Source: Balanoglossus misakiensis (Eukaryota > Animalia > Hemichordata). From it: 64,000 nucleotides of DNA. Location: positions 2,427,060 through 2,491,059 of the forward strand of contig CM082583.2 in assembly GCA_040954595.2 (NCBI GenBank). The letters are read 5' to 3'. The notes beneath the pieces are model-generated. The model was not told where the DNA came from, ran no database searches, and saw only the letters and a program-made list of their open reading frames with translations. Shown in pieces: positions 13,664 through 27,334 of this stretch. Position 1 is the first letter of the stretch. Each line of letters begins with the position of its first letter. Both the position numbers and the translations under genes were made by a program.

Positions 13664-14296
13664 ATGAGAATTGAAAGTCTCCAGAGGGTTTGAACATTTT
13701 TCAAAAATTACAGAAACTGAAAATCCACCAGAAACAAATGTATGGTACGATTTTGCATTTGCATCAGTGCAATTTCTGGAACCATATTAAAATTTCATCT
13801 TCAAAGTCTCTATTTCATTTTATACTCCATTCTCCAGGAAATAACACAATAAAATGATATTCTTACTTCAATCCAACTTCAGGTTATTGGTATGACATCA
13901 CCTTTCTTGAAACTCAATTCTCCGCTAGTCGTTGCAACAAAGTCATACAGGGCCTGTGGTGTTTAAACAACACACAGCAGTGTTGGTACCAAAATGAAAC
14001 ATTTGCATGAAATATCAAAACATTTAAAGGGCGATGGTGTTCGTTTTATGCGCATATCAGATGTGTCAAACCAGAGGTCTCTGGTTACAATATTTGTACA
14101 TGGTCAATGCCATAAGGCAGTAACAACAGACAAGATGGCGGCGACCATAGTCTGTTTTGGAGAGTGGGAAAAGACAGCAAATTTTGCATACAGAACAAAT
14201 TTAACAGCTTTACCCACGCGTGTGCATTACAGAATAACGTCCTGGTTGACCATACATGCATTTGGGAAAAGGCCAGTGTGTCCTCTAAGCCCGTAA

Positions 14297-15099
14297 GGCT
14301 GCATTCACAAACACCTCTGGAGGGGGGGGCGGGAGAATTCAATTTTTTTTACCGCTAATTTTCACACGCCCCCCTTCCGAACTGCCAATATTTTCAAATC
14401 CCCCCCTTCCGAACTGCCAAAATTTTGAAATCCCCCCCCCCATTTTCTTTCACAGAGCAAAACACATCACCTATCTATCTTGTAAAAAGAAAAACAGCGC
14501 TCCCATGAAAAGAATTTGAAGCTGATGTTTCCCCTCATCAATGGGTATTAAAACTGAACATTGTTTTTTTTTTTTTTAGTACATATATTTGTATTCTGTG
14601 TTGGGAGACATTGTAAACCGAGAATTGAAGGGGGTGGGTTTGGGAGGGGGTGTCCCCCTCCCACGTAAGAAAATTTTCTAAAATACATAGCTCAAAGTTG
14701 CATTTTAATGAACCCGGCAAAAGCAAATTAACTCAACTACCGGTATGTTGGGAAGGACAAATTTAACCGTCGCCGCTCAAAGTTATCATGGGGTGGGGCA
14801 AGTCCCCTGATCTGGGACGCTAGATAAACCAGTCAATGATTGAAAGGTGTTGATGAATGGAGGGGGTGGGTGTGGGAGGGGGTGTCCCCCTCCCACATTA
14901 GAATATTTTGTAAAATAAAGGGCGCGAAACTGCATTTTTGTGGACTCAAAATAAATATTTAGTTGTTAAAGTTTTCAAGTCCCCCCCTTTCAGTCCCTAA
15001 ATTATTTCAAATCCCCCCCCCTTACATACCCTCAATTTTTTCAAATCCCCCCCCTCAATTCTCCCGCCCCCCCCTCCAGAGGTGTTTGTGAATGCAGCC
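14297..15099. mobile_element. ~800 bp non-autonomous PIF/Harbinger-like element, family A
   Basis: TIR GGCTGCATTCACAAACACCTCTGGAGGGGGGG and TAA target duplication on both sides; near-identical copy at 38111. Confidence 0.9.
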
Positions 15100-16593
15100 T
15101 AAGACGCGCCACTCAGACTCAATAAACTCACTGGTGACCCAAGAAAATTATCCACACTACATGCAAAGGCACATAGGGCTGACTCAGAGAAAATACACAG
15201 ATAAGGTACCTGTAGATCAAGTTGACCTTGAATCTGAAAATCCTGCTTTCTTGATTTGCAGTCTTGTCACGGTCCCCCTGTCTCCTATAGTCTGTGTCAA
15301 TACACCCCCTCCCGTCTTTCCTAATCCACCCCTCACTTCCCCTGTATTGTCTCTGACTCCATGTTCCTTTTTATAAAAAGTCTATCAGTCCAATATTCAA
15401 TACAAGTTCAAGATGCTTACCAGAGCCCTGGGTCCAGTGATTGCAGCTACATGCAGTGACTGGTTTATTTTCTTTGACACTTGTTGTTGGCGGTGGTTCT
15501 GGTTTGAGACCAAGTCTGCAATATGGACAGAGGGAGAGGTGAATTCATGCAGGCTCTTATTTCAAATCGGTTTCAATGACAATGTAGTAGTGAGACGACC
15601 TCACTTTGAATCACTTTCAACAACACAAACACAGTCCCCTTTTGCAGATTTTTTTTGAGGGGGGGGAGGGGGCGATTTTTTACTCTGGCAAGGGGGAATG
15701 AAACATCTCCAACATATGAGTGACATCATTTTATATAATAAGGGGCACTGGTCCCCATTTTGCTAGTTGGTGCCCACATATCAACATGGGCATGAATACC
15801 CCCAGCGCTAGGCCCCGCCCAGATGAAACACTGTAATTTTTCAATTTGAGATAAGTGATATCAATGCAAATAAAACTGTTCTATTTAACAACTGCATTGA
15901 TGCGATTTTTAAGACCAACATATTATCCATATCTGACAAATGTGGGCATTCTTTGGCCAACAACATGAGACTCTGGTTACAAAAATTGTACAAAGTCAAT
16001 GCCATAAGGCATGTGATATGCTAACAACAGACAAGATGCCAGGACCATAATTTGTGTAGGAGATCGGAAAAAGACAGCAAATTGGGTGAAAAAGTTTCCT
16101 TAAACTGAGTACTGTGTGCATGAAATATGGAAGGAAGCAAAGACAGTCCACTATTTGAATGCATCGAACGCAAAATTTGCAGAACATTTGGATTGGACGT
16201 AATGTTTGTACACATGAAATTACACACATGTGTATAACACGATCGCCATTAAGTACAGAAAGTCTTACATTTACACTTCAAATGTAGGACTATTCATGTA
16301 CACTGATATCGCAAATGAAATCAAGCTGTACTCACGGTGTTTTGCTTTTGCTGTCTTGCTGTTGTTGGTGTGCCAACCATCTTGCCTTCTTTGATGGTGT
16401 CACATGCTGTATTTTACCGTTGGGAGCTTTGATGACTGGTGTGTCGATGTCTCCTGGCGTCTGACAAAGGAAATCCATCACTATATCATGCTGGGAAATC
16501 CTTGCGTCGAGACCTACCAGTTTCTGAAGGGAGAAGAAATTGAGAAGTTGAATTGCAATGAACTTTATCCAGTGATGCAATGCTGCTACTGAC

Positions 16594-16948
16594 TTAAAGG
16601 GACAAAAGCATCTCTCTCTTGCTGCCCTTTTTCCATTATTTATGTTGCATACAAGACACCGTTTATGTCATTCTACACGTGGATATATAGTGAATCAACG
16701 TTCGACCACACACAACTTCCATCCCACTTGCAGACACGAGAGTGAAAAACTCACCAAAATGAATAACCGGTGTTTACCATTTATTCATTTTGGCGAGATT
16801 TTTACTCTCATATCCTACAAACGGGATGGAAGGTGTGTGTGGTCAAACGTCACTATACATCCACATGTAAAATAACACAAAAAGTGTCTTGTATCAAACA
16901 TAATTAATGGAAAACAGGCAGCGAGAGAGAGAGACTTTGTCCCTTTAA
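16594..16948. mobile_element. MITE family B copy
   Basis: ttaaagggacaaa...ctttgtccctttaa. Confidence 0.85.
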
Positions 16949-18203
16949 GTTCTGTCAGAGTTCTACAAGCAGTTACACATATCAATCTGCTACAGCTTTT
17001 ATGAATAACAAAACCAAAGGACAATACATTTTTAATACTGTACACACTGGTGTCTCCAGAAATGTGGGCCTAAATGCAGATTTTGAAGACCTCAGTTAAT
17101 TGGTACACATACATGTATACATTCCAAGGGATGGGGATTTGAACGTAACTACCTTGGTGTGCACAACACACAGATTTGTACAAAATGCATTATGGGTAAA
17201 TTACCTTGAGATATCTGTTGAGATCAGGAACTCTCCTGTCTGCTACTTCTCTTACAGCACTTCTTTTCAAATATATTTTGCCTGTGAAAAAATACAAAGA
17301 TTTGAATGCTATGTTGTCAATGCCAGGCATAAATAAAACACAGTCACAATTTAGTTAGTCATTATTTTTTGGGAATAAACTATAAATACTCCACTTATAC
17401 TCATAATTGTATCATTTTGGGTGGTAGAGGTTAAAAGCTGTCATGATTATGAGCTTCAGTCTTACAATCAGTACAACTTTCATTATAGCCCCAATAGCTG
17501 TCACTGGTAGCATATTTTGTACATGTAATTAATGAAACACTTGAATCTTCTCCTTAATATCCTTAGTTGACAAACGACACTGTTTTGAATTTGTGAAGAT
17601 TCTAACATCATGTGTACAAACAATGATAGCTGCACATAGTATGTACCCAGAACATTACAGAGTTTACTATATTCGGCTCAATCACGTATTGAGCACTCTA
17701 CTCCAAGCGATCTACAACTTCACAAAATAATACAATGACAGTTGTATAATACTCTTGTAATGGGCAACTGAATACATGTAAATGGGTGTGGCACCCATTT
17801 ATTACTGAACTTGATCATATTTAAATATGCAGCCACAATCAGAGGTTGATTACATGTTGGTGTATACCCATCAGTAAGTCCATTTCAATAGACCACTCTA
17901 AGTTTGAAAAAAAAAATGCCAAAAATGGCAGCTATTGGGTCTTCAACAATGCTTGAATTCTTTTCACGAAAGCAATTTTTACCTGGTAATGTTGGTAATT
18001 TCCTTGGTCCTGCATGACCGGCTTCATTGGGGAATCTGTCATCTAATCGTTCTTGTAGAGTGTTAAAATAACTATATCGTCTCACAATCAGGTATGACTT
18101 CCCACTTTCTAGAGTCACTTCAATGAAATATACCTGATGTTCAGAAAGTCATGGTACAACACAAATCAATACATCAGAATTGGGAGTAGTACTCAGACAA
18201 AAA

Positions 18204-18395
18204 TACTGTGAAACATGTTATTTTCGCGAGCAATAAGTTTTTCGCAAAATACGCGAGAGCCAAAATAACGTGAATTGTTTTTTTCAGTGATAATGATGCA
18301 GTAAATAAAATAAGAGAACGCGAAAATTAATACTCGCAAAACAGTTGCCTCTTTTGATATCGCGAAAATTTCCTGACGCGAAAATAACATGTTTT
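18204..18395. mobile_element. Short inverted-repeat MITE (TACTGT-type)
   Basis: aaacatgttattttcgcg...cgcgaaaataacatgttt; partial second copy at about 20144-20205. Confidence 0.55.
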
Positions 18396-18611
18396 GCTTC
18401 AAACAGTTTGTAACACAGTTTCAACTTTTCACACTCTAAGGATCAGTCAGTATGTCAGCCGACTTACTCAAGATGGTGCAGGCATGTAATTCGCTCCATA
18501 TTGCACTCGGCTGACGGCTCGTGCTACATGTCTCGAATTGTACCCAAATCTTGTGTATACCCGCCTGTGGCAGGGGTAATCGTTTAATCATAGGCTCATA
18601 GCACTGGTATA

Positions 18612-20143
18612 CATTTGGAAATTTTGTGGACATTTAATTAATGATTTTCAGAAAAAAAATATCTTTTCCAGGATTTTCAAAAGACAATAAAATGAAATTC
18701 AATACTTTCAATTTCAAAGATACAGCAATAAAGAATACTGTGTTACGACACACCCTGTTTAGTCGCTTTCACCGGCTTAGTCAAGAGAGGAGTAGTTTTT
18801 CTTTGCATAACAAAGGGCCCTGCCTTTTCAACTAGTTCATTTAAATATTAGTAATAACCAGATGGTCACCCATACAAAAGGCCTTCTCACAAAAACCACG
18901 AGGCACACTTCTCAACACTGACTAGGAGGAGCATGTCACTCCAGCTTCACATCACCTTGGGAATTAGGAATTTACCTAGCTGGGCTGGACTCTGTGAGCA
19001 ACGGGCTTTGTGTGAGCAACGGACTACTGTGAGCAACTGGCTTCAATGAATGTCGGACTTTGTCAGCAATGGACTTGTGTGCCTTGGTGAGGCTTGAGTT
19101 CGGCCAGGACTTTTGTGGACTCGGTAACTCCTCGACCAAGCAGGGTAAGACACATAGAACATTTTTTTTCTGTGCGACCTTTTGATTTTAGAATGTTAAT
19201 TTTTCAATTAAACATTGTGTTGTTGAACTACAAACTCCATTGTGTGCTCCCGGTTTTTTCTACCGTAACAACTGTAAAACGGGTAGCTTTGGCGAATGAT
19301 AAATTTTTTCACAAACTTTGCGAGAGCCCCCCAAAAGTAGTTGGGAAAAAACAATATGTATAATAGAATTATTTTCCACAGATAATCATTTGGAAATTTT
19401 GTGGACATTTAGTGATTTTCAGAAAAAAAATATCTTTTCCAGGATTTTCAAAAGACAATAAAATGAAATTCAATACTTTCAATTTCAAAGATACAGCAAT
19501 AAAGAATACTGTGTTACGACACACCCTGTTTAGTCGCTTAGTCAAGAGAGGAGTAGTTTTTCTTTGCATAACAAAGGGCCCTGCCTTTTCAACTAGTTCA
19601 TTTAAATATTAGTAATAACCAGATGGTCACCCATACAAAAGGCCTTCTCACAAAAACCACGAGGCACACTTCTCAACACTGACTAGGAGGAGCATGTCAC
19701 TCCAGCTTCACATCACCTTGGGAATTAGGAATTTACCTAGCTGGGCTGGACTCTGTGAGCAACGGGCTTTGTGTGAGCAACGGACTACTATGAGCAACTG
19801 GCTTCAATGAATGTCGGACTTTGTCAGCAATGGACTTGTGTGCCTTGGTGAGGCTTGAGTTCGGCCAGGACTTTTGTGGACTCGGTAACTCCTCGACCAA
19901 GCAGGGTAAGACACATAGAACATTTTTTTTCTGTGCGACCTTTTGATTTTAGAATGTTAATTTTTCAATTAAACATTGTGTTGTTGAACTACAAACTCCA
20001 TTGTGTGCTCCCGGTTTTTTCTACCGTAACAACTGTAAAACGGGTAGCTTTGGCGAATGATAAATTTTTTCACAAACTTTGCGAGAGCCCCCCAAAAGTA
20101 GTTGGGAAACAACAATATGTATAATAGAATTATTTTCCGCAGA
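18612..20143. repeat. Near-perfect head-to-tail tandem duplication, two units of about 760-775 bp, intronic
   Basis: 18612-19386 is nearly identical to 19387-20143; the spurious ORFs at 19094 and 19855 differ by one residue. Confidence 0.95.
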
Positions 20144-21848
20144 TTAGAGAACGCGAAAATTAATCATTGCAAAATAGTCACCTTTGTTGACATCGTGAAA
20201 ATTCCCATTAAACAGATAGTTACAGACAGACTACTCACATAGTATTTAGTTAGATTGGCAAGATTTATGGATCTTCTTTTTTCCATATCAATGATGACAG
20301 CAGATACCGCATGATCATTCTTAAGATCATATCTGGGACTGTTGGGGGAAAAAAACAAAGGAGAAAGTTAGACAACAGAGAAATCAGCTCCAGAAAATTT
20401 CTTATCAGCACCAATTGGGATTTGTGTTTAGAACCACAACAATACGTTTGTTTATTTTTGGAAAAAACAACATCAAATTAAAATTTCATGAGGTCTTGTT
20501 GAGTTGTTGACAGGATATGGTCAATGGAATATTTGATGACCTGATTAGTTTTATCATCCTGCAGACATAACAATACCATAATGTATAATTTCTGGCAGTA
20601 TGTTTTCAATGTAATGCCTGTAAAGTTCTATTGTAATTTGTTTTATTTCTCTTATTCAATCTGAGATATTTTTTTAATATAATGTGCTTTATGTATAACA
20701 GATACAGATTAAGATTATTTTCTTCTCAGATTGGTATTTCCATGATATTTATACCAGTACTGGCAGTATACTGTAAAGTCCCTCTGGGAATAATGAATGC
20801 ACAATTCTCTGTCTATACGAACATAAAAACACATATGCCTATTAGCCATCTGGCTATATATTCAGCCAAGGCACGTTCATTCTTGACCATAGTGACATAT
20901 ATTGCAAAGGGCGATGGCACATACCACGAGTCGCATGTTTATGATGTGAATTAATGATAATACTAGTACAAGTATACAATCAATATTTCACCAGAGCCAG
21001 TGGCATTCTGTAATCATCATGTGATAGGAAACATAATACATTTGTACACTGTTTGCACAAGAGGGAAGCACTTTTCTGGGGATGTAAAACATTGCCTGAA
21101 CACGTCCAGTCCCTCCACTGAATTTATCTGAGACGTGATCGATGAATAGTCGTGACAAAGTCTCCAAGCAACATTAATATCACATAATGCATTGTGAATG
21201 TGAGTGAATTATGCTACTTCAGCTGAATTATTTCTGGTTTATTTGTGATTTCCGTTTTCCTGGAACTTGGAAAACAGAGGTTTCACCTGTTGGTTTGTGG
21301 GTCAAGTTCAGCAGTCACTGAGTCAGTGCCAAACCCCACCACCTCGGGGCATAGTGGGGGATATGGAAATTAGTCATGGTTAGACAATGTGGCAATGGCA
21401 TATCCCCACACTTCCCCAACCCTAGCTGAAATGATTGTTGCGGGTGTACTAGCAGCACCCGCTACAATCATTGCAGCTACCCCAATCCCAACAAGTGGGG
21501 CATTTATTATATTCGTTGCTTAATCGTGATGGTGGCGACTAGGGGTCAATATGAAGCAAATGACCCATCCCTTCTGACTTAGTTCCTTGGCAAACCTCAT
21601 TTGACCCTTATCGCCCGAGGTGGAGACAGCTAACCCATGGAGGTAACCAAGGCAAAATCTCGAGCGACTGAAATGAGCTTAGCAAAGGGGAATCTTACAC
21701 AACGTCATACTAAAAACATATGTGACATACTTACGCACTAGCGGCGAGTAAGGCAGTCATTGTATCCAACAGAATCTAGCCAGTTCGCTAAGACCAGAAC
21801 TGTCTCTCTCTTGGTAAAGATTTGACACCATCGCTACCAGCCTCTCAG

Positions 21849-21870
21849 CTCCAGAGGGCGCCGTCAATGA
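21849..21870 (+). promoter_or_regulatory. CTCF-like motif upstream of the NCF4-like start
   Basis: CTCCAGAGGGCGCCGTCAATGA resembles the CTCF core CCNCYAGRKGGCRS; 21/22 identical to the reverse complement of 39137-39158. Confidence 0.5.
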
Positions 21871-22938
21871 CCTTTGACATTTCAAAGACGTAGTGCGTGT
21901 ACATATTTAAAATATATTCATATTTTATAGGAGTTTCTTATTAATATGTAGAAGGTGGTCTGGCCAATGATGCGTGACTTGCCAGGAAAGCCGCGCCAGT
22001 CACCCGTTTCCCCACTTTTTGTTATGAAAATCACGACCTTTTCTTTTCAAATGTAAATTTTTGGGTCAAATACACTGTTAATGTTTGTTAATTTCAATGA
22101 TTTTACGAGCTGAGTTCGCACCTGGCCGATTTCTCCCACGGACCGACTCCCCTAGATCTTGTATTCGATTTGATCGACAGCGTCATTTAAAGGTCTACGA
22201 TGGCGGCGAGATTGTCCGGATTTGTCTGCCCCGGCCGTAGTAGATACAATCTGTAAACATTGCACTGTGGATAGATAGCCATCTCATCTGTTTGTTGGAT
22301 TTATGTACTCCTGTAACGTTCTCATGTACAGGAATTGTGGGATAGCTTCATTTCCGCCGCGAAGAAAAAATAGTTTGCTTTCTGAAAATATATTTTGTCA
22401 TGCATGTAAAAGAAATTCGCACGCCGAAACCTGAATAGCGCCCCCATGAAAAAGTTTGTCAGTAGCAATAGAAAGAGCGCCCCCATAAGTTGTGTAACTA
22501 GAAATTAGATAAAAATATATTTACATCTGTAAAATAAAATTTTCACCCGCGAAAAGTAATGTTACTTAAAAAAAGTTTTACAAAATTAAATATTTCTTTC
22601 CGAAAATAAAAAAATTCTATGTAGTATAGATAACATTTTATCTCAAGTGTTAGAAGTTTATTTTGGAAAAAAATCTTAAAATTTTACTCTCGGAAAAAAT
22701 AAAACTGGCTTTCGGAAATTAAACTTTTGTTCTCTAAAATAAGAGTTGTGTAAAGTAAAATTAAAGTTTTACTGTCAAAATTAAAAAGTTTACTCCACTG
22801 AAATTGAAATTGTGTGCGTCAAAATTATAGTTGCCTTCACCAAACCTTAAGTTTACTTTTGGGAGAAGATATTGTCCATAATTTTGAAAGTTTAACTTTC
22901 AAAATAATATTTTAGGCGTGACATGAGGGGGCACCGTA

Positions 22939-23680
22939 CCCCCCCCCCAAAAAAAAGACGTACTGTGATCGGATCATATGACTAAGTGTCCAACTGAGCG
23001 CTTCTTGGACTCTGCCATTCTCTGGTGGGGACGGCCCGTTTGGGAGGGTGAGAGTGGCGAGTCACCTGAATGGTCTTAGACATTTATAAAAGAAAAAAAC
23101 TTTAATTTATTTTGGAACAAAACACTGGATTTTCTTAACAAAATTACTCTTTTATATTTTGGCCGTGAATGATCCGTTTGTTGTTATGTTTTCTCTTTTT
23201 AGTGCAGGTGAGCGACCGATCTCCATAAAACTTGACCCTAAACCCTACTAACGAATACATGAGAAGTCCGGCGGCCAGTTTGCAAGTCGGCCAGCGCTTA
23301 CAGTCGGCCAGTATTAGAAGTCGGCCAGTATGAGAAGTCGGCCTTGGTACTTTGGTACTTTGCGTTTTATAAATGTTTCACTACGAAATGTTTCCTTGAT
23401 GTACAGGAGCTGAGATATCTGTACAAATAGCCGACGAATTTTAAAAACTGTTGGAATCACTTCGCATGTATGCTAACAGTCACTTGCACTTAGCTGCGCT
23501 ATTGTGTTGTCAAGATTGTGTGTGGGGGGGGGGGGCGTCCAACTGAACATATTTAGTGCAATTATATTTTATTAAGCGTTGTTATAAGTAATCTGGGTCA
23601 TTACTGCACTATTCGGGTTCAAGTTCAACAGCTGGCCGACTTCTCATTTGACGGGTAGTGGCCGACTTCTCCTACTGGCA
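22939..23680. repeat. Left copy of a ~740 bp direct repeat flanking the foldback element
   Basis: ccccc aaaaaa gacgtactgtgatcggatc...cctactggc is nearly identical to 28538-29281; contains AGTCGGCCAG / CTGGCCGACT inverted sub-repeats. Confidence 0.95.
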
Positions 23681-23898
23681 TATGTGGCCCAAAATGAACC
23701 AACGATTCCCACGACCGGTCGTACGACCGATTTACAGTCGCGAATATCATGAATATAAACTCACTAGACACCCTTTTTAAAGCTCGCGTACGTTAAAAGG
23801 TAGTCTTGCTCCAAGATTGTGTGATACTGAAAATGAAATGCGCGTCTGCGTTACGTATAGAACGTCCTGTGGACGCGACGCTAATCACCTGGCGGCGC

Positions 23899-24995
23899 CA
23901 TATCTTCTCCCACGACCGTTTTTTGGTCGTGGCTATGTTATTTTCCAATTTCTCGACATATCTTCTCCCACGACCGGTTTTTTGGTCGTGGCTATGTTAA
24001 TTTCCAATTTCTCGACATATCTTCTCCCACGACCGGTTTTTTGGTCGTGGCTATGTTAATTTCCAATTTCTCGACATATCTTCTCCCACGACCGGTTTTT
24101 TGGTCGTGGCTATGTTAATTTCCAATTTCTCGACATATCTTCTCCCACGACCGGTTTTTTGGTCGTGGCTATGTTAATTTCCAATTTCTCGACATATCTT
24201 CTCCCACGACCGGTTTTTTGGTCGTGGCTATGTTAATTTCCAATTTCTCGACATATCTTCTCCCACGACCGGTTTTTGGTCGTGGCTATGTTAATTTCCA
24301 ATTTCTCGACATATCTTCTCCCACGACCGGTTTTTTGGTCGTGGCTATGTTAATTTCCAATTTCTCGACATATCTTCTCCCACGACCGGTTTTTTGGTCG
24401 TGGCTATGTTAATTTCCAATTTCTCGACATATCTTCTCCCACGACCGGTTTTTTGGTCGTGGCTATGTTAATTTCCAATTTCTCGACATATCTTCTCCCA
24501 CGACCGGTTTTTTGGTCGTGGCTATGTTAATTTCCAATTTCTCGACATATCTTCTCCCACGACCGGTTTTTTGGTCGTGGCTATGTTAATTTCCAATTTC
24601 TCGACATATCTTCTCCCACGACCGGTTTTTTGGTCGTGGCTATGTTAATTTCCAATTTCTCGACATATCTTCTCCCACGACCGGTTTTTTGGTCGTGGCT
24701 ATGTTAATTTCCAATTTCTCGACATATCTTCTCCCACGACCGGTTTTTTGGTCGTGGCTATGTTAATTTCCAATTTCTCGACATATCTTCTCCCACGACC
24801 GGTTTTTTGGTCGTGGCTATGTTAATTTCCAATTTCTCGACATATCTTCTCCCACGACCGGTTTTTTGGTCGTGGCTATGTTAATTTCCAATTTCTCGAC
24901 ATATCTTCTCCCACGACCGGTTTTTTGGTCGTGGCTATGTTAATTTCCAATTTCTCGATATATCTTCTCCCACGACCGGTTTTTGGTCGTGGATG
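23899..24995 (+). repeat. Tandem array of about 18-19 copies of a 59 bp unit with an internal palindrome
   Basis: Unit CATATCTTCTCCCACGACCGGTTTTTTGGTCGTGGCTATGTTAATTTCCAATTTCTCGA; copies are almost invariant. Confidence 0.97.
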
Positions 24996-27334
24996 TGTTT
25001 AGTCTTTGATTTCTTGGTGTTTCTTCTGCCGTGTCTTTATGTCTTCACTCTGGTCCATGGGTCGTCACTCAAGTGTTTTACCGACATGAATTGTATAAGG
25101 CGCGCGCCAAATAAATAAACATTCTAGTTGCGCGTAAACAGCGGTTGCGCATGTGCAGCCGCCTCAGCAGCCGATCAACAATTCGATCTTTATTCGATAA
25201 ATGCATAAAAATTTGGTGGTTATTCTGGCAACAGCATGCATATATTATACTTGTCAATTAGCTGATCAACCTGGTCATCTGACCAAATATTTTTTCTTGA
25301 AAAAACAACAAAAAAGTTTGCGAATTTCAACTGCATACATGTATTACTATTGACATAATAAACTAACTATATTGCACTTCAACAGTATCCCCATCAATAA
25401 AAGCATTTTTCTCAGTAAGCAGGTGATATGTGAGTCTATATCAGTAAAGAAAAAAAATACTAGCTTGGGTGCTTAATTTAAATGATGAATACGGAATGTT
25501 TAATCGTGATACCAAATTGGACAAAATTTAAACGTTACTAAATATTTTTTTAATAAAAAAGGAGTAACTTCACTTTAATTTAATTTTATTTAAAATGTAC
25601 TTGAAACCAGGTATATTTTTTTTTATAAAAGATCAACCGGCGAGTTTAAATCCTTGTAAGACAGGGGAGTAGATTATGGGGGAAATTGAAGAAAGTTGCG
25701 CAATTTAACATTAAGATTACTGAATTATCAAACTGCACATCATATAAATGTGTGAAAAATGCGGAGCCAAAAGTCGTGCCAATCTGTAAAAACGTTATAG
25801 ATAATAAACAAAATCCGTGTTTCGAAATACAGTGAAAGTAATAACAAAGCAAGTGAGACTTTTCATTGTAGAATAACGAAGTATATTTTTAAGAAGAAAT
25901 ATATAGATTGAAAGATTTCTAGATCTTTGTATGTAAAATTATACAAATATTATATATGTATTTATAAGTTGATATGACCGGGCGAAATAGACACGTGTTT
26001 TGCCCAAAAAGATATATGATGTACACTGGCTGTGTAAGAACTCTTGAACTGTGGGCGATAATCATAAGCTGGCGTTTTCTTATTCTGAAATTCGGTTACG
26101 ATATCTGGTTACGGTACCCCCAAAATCGGAAACGCAATCAATGTCGAGTCAATCATCATAACCTTTTTCGCGGAACTGAATAGTGACTGTAGTTTATTTT
26201 CATATCACCACTGGCAAGATAATAAGTTGAAAGTTTCTGTTACAAAACTTGAGTATATATGGAAATATAATAGTATAAATACATACACATATCCGATTTC
26301 ATAGCAAATACTTATTCCCCAGTATTTTCAGAAGTCTACAGGTCTACAGTCTGTAGTTCCTGGTTCGGAAAAAAAATAAAATAGACACCATTTTCGCATG
26401 TGCTGATGTAAAAATTTATTCGACGCAAAGTGGTAACGCGGGGCAACCGCAGTTGCGCGTCAGGAAACTCGTCGCCCGAAAATCCGACATGACGGATTTC
26501 GAGGCAACGTCGCCAGACGCATTCCAGCGACGCGACTACATCATACACACGAGGCAACTCACCGAGCAACTCGGGTTGCGCGTCGAGTTGCCTACCGAGT
26601 TGCCTCGTGCAACTCGGCCTTTACTTTTAACTTTTTTAATATTTAGTGTTCGACGAACGCGCCAAGATGCGGGGTGCTCAAAATGGGTTATGTTATTTTA
26701 TCTGATTTTAACAAAGTTAACCAAGGAAAGTTAACGAGGTTTGCACCACCGAATTGGCGATTTTTATAAACGCTTCACAAAGTGTACATGCTGCTGATAT
26801 TGTATTTTCATCGTATTCGGAAGTTGATTTCGATGATTGATAATGACTTTACACGCCAAAGTCGATAGACTAAATACGATATGATTTCGGCTTGTGGTAA
26901 TATGCAGTGGTAAAACCGCGATAGAATCGTTAAAACAATAACCGTTACGAAGCTCGTTTCGATATAGTGAGGTCTGAAGATATGGATCTGAACCCTAATC
27001 ACTGAGCATAGAAAGTGCGCAAAACCCATAAAACCGGATACGCCGCGTCTTCCATCAGAGAGCGGACAGTCGTGATATAATTCCCCGAATCAGATGTCAT
27101 TGCTTGGCGCAAAGCTTTACAGTTTTTTTATGACGAGTGTAAACGAAAAGATATTTAATTTGTTGAGAAAATAGCTTTTATTCACGAGATGAGTAACCGT
27201 AGTTTTTCGGCGCTAAATTGGCATTCGGTGAACCCCCTGGGCTGCCCCCTACTAAATGCTTCAAACCAAATCAGACCTGAAACCAAATGTATTTGATTTG
27301 GATGTTGTCGCCGCAAATTGTCATCCAAATAAAA

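Larger units (their letters stand above)
12797..21760 (-). pseudogene. NCF4: p40phox/NCF4-like NADPH oxidase adaptor (PX-SH3-start of PB1), apparently damaged
   Basis: Exons 21760-21735, 20338-20239, 18133-17983, 17281-17205, 16523-16336, 15515-15421, 13953-13867, 13222-13142, 12858-12797. PX: YYVYFIEVTLESGKSYLIVRRYSYFNTLQERL..LPTLPGKIY..ADRRVPDLNRYLK. SH3: PRALALYDFVATTSGELSFKKGDVI..WIEGKINGKLGLIPEPYVKI. PB1 start: VIRCHYEGNIR. In-frame TGA at 13881-13879, phase mismatch between exons 5 and 6, and the rest of PB1 was not found. Confidence 0.75.

Noticed and set aside
13879-13881. TGA in the SH3 exon as selenocysteine or readthrough
   Set aside because: It is not at a Cys-equivalent position, the loop also appears shortened, and other lesions exist in the same gene.
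23229-23250. Telomere-like ccctaa motifs
   Set aside because: Only 1-2 degenerate units inside a dispersed repeat.
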